A stretch of DNA of 64,000 bases from Candidatus Omnitrophota bacterium (GTDB lineage: Bacteria > Omnitrophota > Gorgyraeia > 1-14-0-20-64-10): the NCBI GenBank assembly GCA_023248155.1, contig JAHFFE010000007.1:4401-68400 (forward strand), in the 5' to 3' direction. The notes under the pieces were generated by a model, which saw only the letters and a list, made by a program, of their open reading frames with translations, was not told the origin of the DNA and made no database searches. Made by a program: the position numbers and the translations under genes. This document shows positions 29,201 to 35,830 of the stretch, piece by piece. How positions within the stretch are numbered: the first letter of the stretch is position 1; each line of letters starts with the position of its first letter.

Positions 29201-31983
29201 CTGCTTTCCGCGGTAATGTAACGGTGGGTGGCCGGCCGCTGGTACTGCGTTTCAACTCTATTTCAGATCAGGTGATCTCCGCGTCGGCAGTGGTGGGTCA
29301 GCCTGATTCCCGAGTCGCTTCTCTTGGGCAAGGCGGTGAAAATATTCCGCTGGCTGAAGCGCTTACTCAATTAACAGGACCAGATAACGCATCCGTTGCA
29401 ATCACTGCCGCTGATTGGCAGCAAATTCAGCAATCGGCGCAGAATGTTGCCGATGTGCTCAGAACACCGGTGGCCGGCATCGATATGGTACTTGAAACAA
29501 CACCGGATGGTCATATTCGCGGTGTTTTGATTGAAGCCAATGCCCGTCCCGGCACACTGATCTTGGGCGAGACGGTCCAGTTCCCAGCATCGGATGCCGT
29601 TGAGGATGCATCCATTGAAAGCAGTCCGGCCGCCCCGGTCGGCCCGGCATTTTGGACTGCTCTCGGAATTTCCCAAACAACCACGCGACCAACGCCCTCT
29701 TCAATCACTACTTTGTCACAATGGATCGATCTGTTGCGGAGTGGTCGAACCGATTGGATGACACCGCACTATACGGGAGATTTTGAAGCCCATCGGGTGA
29801 TTTTGGATGAATGGATCAGCCAAGCGCTGAAACGGGAAGTCCCGGGAACATCCGGCACTCCGTTGTTTGATCCGAATCGTCCGATCGCTATAACGCGAAC
29901 TCCCGGCCGGTTTCTGTTTCCGGTGACAGGCCGGCATCTGGATTATTTGGGCGGACAGGGCGGATCGATCGGATCACCTACCCAACAGGAAACGGTGCTC
30001 ATTGCGCAGGAAGTGGAAGGGTTAAATGGACAGATTGAAATTTATCAGATAGTTGCCCCTGATCCGTCTGTTGCCGAAGTCTATCCCAATAATGGATTGG
30101 GCGCCAGAACGATTGATCTAAATAGCCCCTTTGTAAATCCAGACCGGCCGATTCGGACGCTGGCCGATTGGGATACCTGGGCCAAAACGGTGACTGATCA
30201 GAGAAGAGTCGCCCGCGCCCCGGATACCAAAGTTAATTACGCGGACGATTTGGCCGCGGCAATCATCGCGTTTGCCCGCACCGAGCTCGGAGATCCTTCA
30301 GGTAAAATCCGCGCTTATCTGGACCGGATTGCCAGTGAAGGTAAGGGTTTTCGGTTTGCGCTGGCCAGCAACCTACCGACTGGCGGCGGATTGAGTTCCT
30401 CGTCGGCGGTGGCGATTGGATTCGCGCAGACATTGGCCCAGCTGGCTGGCGTTCAGTTGACACATGATCAACTGGTTAATTTTGGTTATGCCGAACGATT
30501 TTACGCCGGTACGCAGGGTGGCTTAAAAGACCACGCCCATCTTACCGGCGATACGGGATATCTTGGGGTTGCTCCTACGCGCACCATCGCGACGATGAGT
30601 CCAATTCCAGGCGCGTCGGTGTTGTTGCTCGATTCCGGCGTTTCGCGCGATAGAGCAATAGCCCTTTCTCCCAAACTAGGCAGCAAGGGCAATGACGAAC
30701 AGAATATTAAAGGTCGTACGGCTACTGGCTATGCATTGGTCAATCTCTTGCTGAGGCATATTCATCCTGAGTTAACAGCCCGGATTGCACCCGATACGCA
30801 AAATCCGGATGGTTATCTTCGCAATCTGGTTCCCGGTAATCCGGGTGGAATGTCGGTACAGGAAGTTTACAAATTGCTGGGCGAAATTCCGGCAGAAGGA
30901 CTCACCCGTAAACAAATGTATGAATTAATGCCGGAATTTAAGTCTGATCTTGATCGTTTATTTGCCAAGGGTGAGGAGCCGCCTGAGCCGTACGCGCTGC
31001 GTGAAATGGCATTGTTTTTCTTTGCCGAAGAATCGCGCAACTGGGAAGTGGTTCGCGTGCTTAACGCTTTGAAAGCGGATGAGATTAATTCGGATCAGGC
31101 GTTTGAACGGTTGATTGAAGTCGGACGCGCCGCGCACAATGGCGACCGCGTCACCCGTTATGAAATTACGCCAGGTGATCAGGGTTCTTTGAATGTCAAC
31201 GCGATCGGTTGGGATTGGCATCTTTCCGATCCGACGCTCGATCAGTATATCGCGAACTCTGATTCCAACGAAGCCGCGCTTTGGCGCCAGGCCGGCCGGC
31301 TGGAACGATCGATTGAACCGCTCGACCGGCTGGTGGATCTGGTTGAATATTATAACCAGCAGCATGGTGGAAATTCCGATGTTGCTGTCGTGATGGGCGC
31401 CGGTTTGGGTGGGACCGTCGGCGTTTTGGCCCGTTCTGATTCTGTCGATGGATTAACGCAATTTCTGAACGAGCATTATTACCAGCCGTTAGGCTTGACC
31501 CATGGACCGGTTATCCGCGCGCAAGCGGGTAAGGGTGCCAGTGTATTGGTTTCCCCAACGGCCGGTCTTGAGGAATCGGCTACCAAGGTTGCTGTTCCTT
31601 CGGCTAGCCGGACAGTGTTCAATGGTCTTGGCGTGGTGGCCGGACCGACCACCACCGGATTGCAGTGGGGGTTGGCCATTGCGCGCAATGGTAAACAGCG
31701 CGACGGCCGGCCGGTGCCGGTAGTTTTTCTGGTCAATAACGATGAGCAGCGCGCGCAGTTGACGAAGGCCGGTTTCGGCGATTTTATTTTCACAAATGAA
31801 TCGGAAGCCATCGCGGCGATTACCGGTTATGGCGTTAAACCGGTTCTGGTTGGTGTGGGTCAATCGGTGCCTGAATCGGTATTCGTCTTGTTTGCCGAGT
31901 TATTCGGCATCGAACTTTCTAATGTGCAGGCCGATTTTTGGCAGGGCGCTTATGCTTCCGCGGCGGTCGATGTCAACGCGTAA
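20230..31983 (+). CDS. Giant exported protein 4 (3917 aa) with a UDP-glucose/GDP-mannose dehydrogenase-like catalytic motif and a C-terminal GHMP-kinase-like domain
   Basis: It starts 5 nt after the preceding stop. The N-terminus has the TM plus SYALRVQQPVGGEAASGLEE. GPTTGYCIPKDLLFKMF matches the UDPGDH catalytic-Cys motif GGSCxPKD. GFRFALASNLPTGGGLSSSSAVAIG matches the GHMP kinase PxGSGLGSSAA motif. Confidence 0.85.
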   Translation: MNLNPKKIISGLIVGTFFFSQVTPSYALRVQQPVGGEAASGLEERLISRPSQGFATRVGAVRGAVQTARRSVGAKQASVAWNLKDGQLSPIAWASGPALPNATTVVPAVLSRAEQGLKWLYGKRSSVAVVENSLRNDLLGDSVSVELRANHGMTLDFDRGDNAVRLDTTIAEELFDSTDIDQNGLSVLYGIGFFYQLQLVAGRSPREAAHLTLALYQNISDTERAALLSVLRSPQIDHGNQWARFFEEGSKPADYRGIDSLELETRLETETNTDTRTALEAVVNHRDKLVSWLLGQQLIDLPYDRTKMLEAMTAFETNVDAGRSLAFEAVKGFDRKVEQANADRVGTMIREEWLPDNMPYPTLLAGRYSRAFGNQGGLAANAVYVEANPGIRDLAQLLETEAKAEQLLAELKALESSVPARALPKFRKAEQRIEALLVQLGPGIARIRLLVSGQAAALTQYKGALQQIRENITIFYREAARVIESARDTANAAGGKGILRRLTQNVSKPFQAAQEKVSEFAAQSGRLATITNDLETAALQAPSQPAAFSVLLQRPSPTGSINFNANELVEKPEQEPALRELARLGGQNSYTSPSYDWVSEATDIIEAAPLFIYERTVVLEDGKSVTVFEVDQEGLEQTVRQMADYWALNIDKTIDSEHLALAREIVVAADPVLSGRAGQLTGQGISVEAAHRQVIYEASEKRPELLRLVGTTAAWLAAEFDRRITEVEKHTEAEWQKDHFIDRMESLRDVVVTGRSPSELLSLAQDAIGSHTAEVDRLTPLALRRRRPMPAFHLLTTQAPGLVQGFFQAVLEEEMALRNVAKAKGLDDEVRDRVKRYQQRIAELGRTVIQEFGYQPILEQKKSELPASMADDEKERQAIQRTIADHMPLQQELAKLAVLVEFAEAEGKPMDPSHPDPSQVEEIISGQTVELTAEAVRAVWQRNQLDPELANKVIALDSTQTDEAAIAQAIHQTPIYEEELQSNIRWLARQRAIDQLSRQHAELYLAEQAKSNGINPPNWYRNHTSLAQTTARREAIAAHNLQGLLMDPRYAYSNGALKETSEGRLRPTGARKRYHLIYGPSRVNLGAGERDSVEVWPQWVGVTDPLAAAHALAFYQLINFNPEVRTIMEAENLKVSENQWTAMVRAVRNAEAYFVGRLGVGDIEDLAHQFNRRNGLPGAWLKDGESYAAGPTTGYCIPKDLLFKMFVATALDGRKMTQIGVPRHLQAGVFKMMSEILAAQANFDTVTDWEAWAAQTMLSESSLRERFGAADGGKLNQLFSQYVSVTGGVTAFHLTKMLQILQMVGVPSPTLVPGKNLHDALWAQWADLKLTLAAEQVNRSLIFPMTREIPDGVAEARRLNPGVNIAAPEQASIHMFGTYKGDDVEAPPPDVRFSWTMRAFMILSGYGKEVALSLDEDGQLLARLSWDGFLPDSTDEEDIKVARFVAQKFAGKDQFGAEDFALVEKLKQDFPHHTTVGNITITVVPGVSAEDLLGFNAETKLLLGDRAAAVRELLISKGINTGQITANAVLRHEFPAEWIPLLDLDAKEQTALKEAVAGGIHPLVLQQRGPGTDFEQDLQAQDVAVFSVTHPGIVTMDPSKLRDLMQLGRPNGLQSALVAHDMVAQGRHRVWFDRDVMLWYAAARGIDAEGNPIQNWSDRDQQGRKAVYKAFGYGEDTYRPLLGTDLRQETARQERRAAELFELVRRVADSDLTTQVTAITALQQQLDELRTQLRTEAELAIKYEQAMLSFRRNKPRDQIIRGSLVALASGKPVEQFDFVDWLAVGGIYLLNGAPQARQDEVRSVFDRAGQKMASGLEENPNVALLIRPRLEPTSLSRAERKGEMFSVKATETFAEKAVARRKGLALQAARQSALQAREEGFRSIEPVNSVDGILPALNEARAALNGMTEQVANRSGNAAQIHRQSGQVMGTAVAVLNRLNQELTPGPDREEVAKKIQALSKGRELDEKAWSSFGGTYEDAGVLARFFEQAGPNRRELVAAAMELLYLTMLIDKTAEFAALPSDDVDARQLWRALSVYYAETLDDHFYEYNPWAFDPKRGSAFVDYYDDVGVLKPEHREELYGLSWAHHRAAYSYIRALVRAKTDYGKLPKEEYNALLGDVTLGATPDQDQLAVQAIGAGAPGPNELFWRAYGQYREIAVMQNDGFGVPVVFDQFDPNTPEVIDAQHRLNFAFVSPVGRTHYSRALMSAAQMGSNIFITRNAVVTEVAGSNGKVATISDAQFWLTEAQYREALIRFRGMAPSDADAQIAQDRAAGRITPLGIRVAARFTQPVVISAGVYLHHHSIEPEWIAAGYPATDKSPVVYEISYDKALYPKIYNPAADTGVNLPPEIDWMQTDTDDRPETDVKQDIAKMLRPFAETHGIIVAKGSSESGARNFRRFDFFNDNGFNEQVLSEAVDFIYEVSKGQNVTIQRAIIVTPIAWMDPSGVNDFVSRQIRDHGVPANIHRYPKDWVYSTQRIIMSAGMPKNLNDLDNPANWEASHPISLSSLQVATNVGRQGTLELLSPDLIRPEFRDQFIQGLQDAGRRSMAAMAKYARQYWHEVYLPAYRAAHDGADPPEFDATGVPYWWPRYLMLDFLAEPVFYRNGVEAVGARVVDVIPGDAARNVSARFVLQDADGNRFDGEIRGFKYWLLEPNVGIGLWPNLWKREELHERARAKADGNRPMDWNQVGVSDRVVLGNYLAAGEAFMKAKFGGDHYGPGGPRRDPPPMGPTSADISPPATAVTFVQPLVTDVTSLQRVEELKLDQDLSHPLAPVIEIQQEPASAEQLRALLPHAQTFAVVTGKRTLMNHHVYPFEVGKGTAAVNVIGVNDEWLTADGKATRLMVYNPETGRYLEFPLEQPVAINSAFIVELPQSREVERHQELTQLLASNGVRVVNQAGEAQRHMDDKAWLRHERIPEVLVPTAMVVEKSSSTGEATLGIIARGSPAGIIIQPRSGTTEGEGVAWFSAADTDGQLAHLRNLLKTGDAMVSAFRGNVTVGGRPLVLRFNSISDQVISASAVVGQPDSRVASLGQGGENIPLAEALTQLTGPDNASVAITAADWQQIQQSAQNVADVLRTPVAGIDMVLETTPDGHIRGVLIEANARPGTLILGETVQFPASDAVEDASIESSPAAPVGPAFWTALGISQTTTRPTPSSITTLSQWIDLLRSGRTDWMTPHYTGDFEAHRVILDEWISQALKREVPGTSGTPLFDPNRPIAITRTPGRFLFPVTGRHLDYLGGQGGSIGSPTQQETVLIAQEVEGLNGQIEIYQIVAPDPSVAEVYPNNGLGARTIDLNSPFVNPDRPIRTLADWDTWAKTVTDQRRVARAPDTKVNYADDLAAAIIAFARTELGDPSGKIRAYLDRIASEGKGFRFALASNLPTGGGLSSSSAVAIGFAQTLAQLAGVQLTHDQLVNFGYAERFYAGTQGGLKDHAHLTGDTGYLGVAPTRTIATMSPIPGASVLLLDSGVSRDRAIALSPKLGSKGNDEQNIKGRTATGYALVNLLLRHIHPELTARIAPDTQNPDGYLRNLVPGNPGGMSVQEVYKLLGEIPAEGLTRKQMYELMPEFKSDLDRLFAKGEEPPEPYALREMALFFFAEESRNWEVVRVLNALKADEINSDQAFERLIEVGRAAHNGDRVTRYEITPGDQGSLNVNAIGWDWHLSDPTLDQYIANSDSNEAALWRQAGRLERSIEPLDRLVDLVEYYNQQHGGNSDVAVVMGAGLGGTVGVLARSDSVDGLTQFLNEHYYQPLGLTHGPVIRAQAGKGASVLVSPTAGLEESATKVAVPSASRTVFNGLGVVAGPTTTGLQWGLAIARNGKQRDGRPVPVVFLVNNDEQRAQLTKAGFGDFIFTNESEAIAAITGYGVKPVLVGVGQSVPESVFVLFAELFGIELSNVQADFWQGAYASAAVDVNA

Positions 31984-34900
31984 TACACTTTTCCAAAAGA
32001 TCTCAGGCGCCGTTCTTATCGGCGCCTTTCTTTTTGTGAACGCGGCGCCGGGTTATGCACTGCGCGCCACTCAGCCGGTAGTGGGCTCCGGTGCCGAAGA
32101 GCTTAGACAAAAACTTTCCGTCAATAATTCCGTTCCTGCTTTTGCCGGACAGGAGGAAACGCCGCCATCGCCGATTATGGGCCATCGTTTGGTGGAGACC
32201 GGAATTCCGGGTTACCGCCGCGTTGTTTATTTTCTGCAGGACGGTTCTTCGTGGAATGGCGGTGTTGTCCGTTCTGATGTCCCTGAAAATGCGATTGCTT
32301 CGACCGCTTATCTAGCCCCGTACAGTTTTGCGGAAGGGGCAGCGGCGCGATTGGAAGATGGCGCGCAGGTGGCAGACGGATCGGCCGTTATTAATTCGGC
32401 GATTCGTTCCGGCGCGAAGTTGAATGGTTCCGTCGCGGAAAATGCGCTGGTTCATCCGGCGGCCTGGGTTTCGTATTCAGCGCTGGGTCCGGCGTTTGAT
32501 GACGACAGCTGGAGTTATTCGCTAGCGACCGAAAGAGACTCCGAGCTTTCAGTTCGCAATCATTTGGCTTTTTTTGCGCGTAATACTTACCGCGTGGAAG
32601 TCGGTTACAACAGTTCGGTGCGCGGATCGGTTTTTCAAGACAGCGCTGTCGGCCCGGACAGTGATATTTTTGGGAGCGCGTTGGTAATCAGCCGCTGGGG
32701 TGAACAGACCCGCATGGACGGCGGCGTAAAATCGTGGCTGGCGGTCGGCGCGCAGGGCCATGCCGATATTGCCGGCGTTCAGCATCGTCCTGACGGGACC
32801 GAGATTCCGGCCGCGCTGGAAATCGCCGAGGCCGCTTATCAGGGATTGCCGGCCGAACAATATCCCGGCACTCAAATTCACGAGCACCATGTCGGTTATA
32901 CAGAGGCGGTTATTACCAACAGCGTACCGTTAGTCGGTTATACCGCCGGGGAATTAACTGTTACACCTTATCTGGTTCCTCCCATAACCTTATTCGGCGA
33001 TTACACAATTTTCTCGATCTTCGCCGGTTCTCCGAATCCACAGGGAATTAAAACTGACGGCAGGCCGACGCCCGGTGTTATTACGCGCTTGACCGGCGGT
33101 CCCGGCGAACAGAGCAGTCAGCATGGCCGGATTATTTCCGACCCGCTTTCAATTCTCCCCGGATTTTCAAATGTGATCGGCCGTCTGCTGGGATTCCCGG
33201 AACTGGATAATCCATTGGCACTGCTGACCGAACCGGAAGTGACGCATCTGGGCCCTCTCTCGGCTGTCGGCGCCGATGCGCAGCTCGGTTTAAATGGTCT
33301 GGAAGGATGGGGGCAGATATTACCGGCCGAAGCGCGCGGCCAGTTAAGCCGCGGTTCCGGCATTGCGCCCTGGGTATTTTTGTATTCTCCCGAGGTTCTT
33401 TTTTCTTTGATGGGTCAGCTGGCTTCCGGTTTACCTGCGAATGATCAGTCCCGGTACGATGATTTGCCGCAGCGGTTACTGGAATCAGGACTGGCCTTAA
33501 GCCGATGGATGCTCGATCAGGAACAGGCAAAAGACGCGCAAGCCAACGCGCAGGTGATTGAACGGCTTGAGCGGTACATCGCTGGTTTTTCGGCATTGAT
33601 TGAGAGCGAGGCCTGGGCCGGAAAATGGGTGCAGGATGGGGAACTGCGTCACCCGGAACAGTGGCAACGCTATGGCGATCGGTGGGAAACCAGTTCTCTA
33701 AATCTTGCAAACATGCATCGTCAGATTCATCCATTTGCCGATTCGGTTCCGTATACGCAAGTTCCTCTTCGTTACTTGTTGGCGGTTCCCGATGGTGTCG
33801 ATCGTCCCGATTGGAGCCAGTGGACCGGCTACTATCTGAAACCCGAAGACCTTCAGACCAGTCCGCCCACACCGCTCGATCAATTAGAGCAGGTGGATGA
33901 ATCGTTAAAAGAATGGAGAATTATCGGACAGGACGCAAAATTTTATTACACGGTCGAGGGCGGCCGGATCGGCCGTGAAGTCGATTTAAAGATGATTCAT
34001 CCTTCTGCGCTGATTGGTCCCGGCACGGTGTTAATCGGAGCGGCCACTTCGGTGGGCGAAGGGACCCGCCTGCTTCGCGTCATTGCCGATAATACGGTAA
34101 TCGGCAGCGAAACCCATCTGACCGCCGTTTATTCCAGAAGCACTGTTTTTGGAAACGGGATTAAACTGACTTGGGCGAAAACGACCCGCCTGGTGAGGAT
34201 TGGAGATGGCACCGTCGGTTCCTATGTCGGCATCTCGGAAGGGAGTGTCGTTGGAAAAAATAATACCTTTGAGCCATTTGCGCTGGTGATTAATTCCACC
34301 ACGGGACCTAATAACGTGATCGGCATTTCGTTGGTGAACAGCCAGGTTCAGCCTGGTTTCATGGGACGGCATCTTTCGACGGCGGTGCATAACCTTCAGC
34401 AGCAATCGGTTCGTTTTCAAGTCAACGGAAAAAACTATGATTTGAAGGCCGCTTCCCTCAATGTGGCTGGTGGGTTGTTCGTTCAGGGCAATGATAAGAC
34501 CCCGGTTCGTTTGAGTTCGGCTTATCCGCTTTCGCTGACAACGATTGATCCGGGGAATGGACAGAAGTTCGCAGTCGGCGCTTTCAGCGTTCTTAAAAAT
34601 CAAATTCGTCTCGACGACGGGCAAATCCTGCCACTGACATTTCATGCGTTCAATCATGTGGCATCCACTGATCCGCTATTTGCCCAGCCGGGCCGGCACA
34701 ACGACTCCATCGGCGGCGCGCTGGAATTCCCGGGAATTTTTCTGCGCAATTTTATCTATCGGACGAAGAAAGGAATTTATGACGATCTGGCCGCGCAGGG
34801 ATTAACGCGCGAGCAGATTCTTGTCCATCCGCGGATGCTGCAGTCCGATTATATGATTGAGGCGACCATTGTCAGCGCGCTGGTGCAGGTAATCAATCAA

Positions 34901-35734
34901 CTGCGCGAGATCGATATGGATGCGTATGATCATTTGGTTGGAACCGGTAATGCGGCGCTGGGCCGGCTGTTAAAATTGGCGGAAGGTGATCTGTCGCAAA
35001 TTGAGCAGGGCGATCAATCTGCGCTAGGTGTTCGAACTCCCCAGCTGCAGGTACAAATTAAAATGGCTATTAGGCAGGTTCAGCAGGCATTGGATTCTTT
35101 GCCGGGAAGCCGTCCTTCCGCCGGCACCGTTTCTTCGTCGGGGCATACGGCCGCGCAGTTATTGGAAGGGGTTGCGCGGTTGTCGCAAAATCTCGATGGC
35201 CGCTGGCGGATGCGCAACCACACGTTTACTGAAGTCGAATGGCGTTACCAGGCGTACGATGCGTCCCGCCGCGCGCGCGATACCTGGGTTCCTGTCTCGA
35301 AACCCGATTCATTGCCGATTCCGCTGCCGGCCGGAGCATTGTCCGAAGGGAAATATCTTTTTATCGCCCCGAGCGTGGCTGTTCCCGAACTTTGGGCTGG
35401 TTTGGGCCGGCTGAAGCCGTCTTCCGGAGAAACAATCGGTCTGGTTATTTTTGGCCGAGATGCCGGTCATCTGGAAACTATTCGGGCAGAGATGATGGGG
35501 TATTCATTTGCGTCATCGGCGAAATTCATCGATCTATCTCAGTACAGCGACGATTTGATGCGGGCGGTTGCGGGTCAGGTGGCTGTGCTGGGCAGTAATG
35601 ATGCATTTGAATACCGGCTGATCCGAACATTCAGCGATCTCGGTGTTATTGGGAAGTTCCTCCAAATTCCGGATATTTCGTTCCGTGCCTGGGAGCGGCA
35701 AATTCAGAACGCCGGGTTCGAAGAATATGTATAA
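31970..35734 (+). CDS. Giant exported protein 5 (1254 aa from ATG 31970) with a left-handed beta-helix (hexapeptide acyltransferase-like) region
   Basis: The ATG overlaps the last 14 nt of gene 4. The N-terminus is MSTRNTLFQKISGAVLIGAFLFVNAAPGYALRATQPVVGSGAEELRQ. An LbH-like run IGPGTVLIGAATSVGEGTRLLRVIADNTVIGSETHLTAV...IGDGTVGSYVGISEGSVVGKNN is present. The upstream in-frame ATGs at 31796 and 31952 would add a non-hydrophobic extension, so 31970 is preferred. Confidence 0.8.
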   Translation: MSTRNTLFQKISGAVLIGAFLFVNAAPGYALRATQPVVGSGAEELRQKLSVNNSVPAFAGQEETPPSPIMGHRLVETGIPGYRRVVYFLQDGSSWNGGVVRSDVPENAIASTAYLAPYSFAEGAAARLEDGAQVADGSAVINSAIRSGAKLNGSVAENALVHPAAWVSYSALGPAFDDDSWSYSLATERDSELSVRNHLAFFARNTYRVEVGYNSSVRGSVFQDSAVGPDSDIFGSALVISRWGEQTRMDGGVKSWLAVGAQGHADIAGVQHRPDGTEIPAALEIAEAAYQGLPAEQYPGTQIHEHHVGYTEAVITNSVPLVGYTAGELTVTPYLVPPITLFGDYTIFSIFAGSPNPQGIKTDGRPTPGVITRLTGGPGEQSSQHGRIISDPLSILPGFSNVIGRLLGFPELDNPLALLTEPEVTHLGPLSAVGADAQLGLNGLEGWGQILPAEARGQLSRGSGIAPWVFLYSPEVLFSLMGQLASGLPANDQSRYDDLPQRLLESGLALSRWMLDQEQAKDAQANAQVIERLERYIAGFSALIESEAWAGKWVQDGELRHPEQWQRYGDRWETSSLNLANMHRQIHPFADSVPYTQVPLRYLLAVPDGVDRPDWSQWTGYYLKPEDLQTSPPTPLDQLEQVDESLKEWRIIGQDAKFYYTVEGGRIGREVDLKMIHPSALIGPGTVLIGAATSVGEGTRLLRVIADNTVIGSETHLTAVYSRSTVFGNGIKLTWAKTTRLVRIGDGTVGSYVGISEGSVVGKNNTFEPFALVINSTTGPNNVIGISLVNSQVQPGFMGRHLSTAVHNLQQQSVRFQVNGKNYDLKAASLNVAGGLFVQGNDKTPVRLSSAYPLSLTTIDPGNGQKFAVGAFSVLKNQIRLDDGQILPLTFHAFNHVASTDPLFAQPGRHNDSIGGALEFPGIFLRNFIYRTKKGIYDDLAAQGLTREQILVHPRMLQSDYMIEATIVSALVQVINQLREIDMDAYDHLVGTGNAALGRLLKLAEGDLSQIEQGDQSALGVRTPQLQVQIKMAIRQVQQALDSLPGSRPSAGTVSSSGHTAAQLLEGVARLSQNLDGRWRMRNHTFTEVEWRYQAYDASRRARDTWVPVSKPDSLPIPLPAGALSEGKYLFIAPSVAVPELWAGLGRLKPSSGETIGLVIFGRDAGHLETIRAEMMGYSFASSAKFIDLSQYSDDLMRAVAGQVAVLGSNDAFEYRLIRTFSDLGVIGKFLQIPDISFRAWERQIQNAGFEEYV

Positions 35735-35830
35735 TATAGATATAGGTTCGATTTACATTTCTTTAGGTGCCATTGACGAACCATCGGTTATCGGCGATAC
35801 TTCGAGCAGACAGAGGAGACCAGGACTTTT

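Noticed and set aside
5227-35734. Giant ORFs as an artefact of stop-codon reassignment or assembly error
   Set aside because: The ORFs are open under the standard code, so reassignment would only lengthen them. They contain multiple independently recognisable enzyme-family motifs in one frame. An assembly chimera cannot be excluded from sequence alone.
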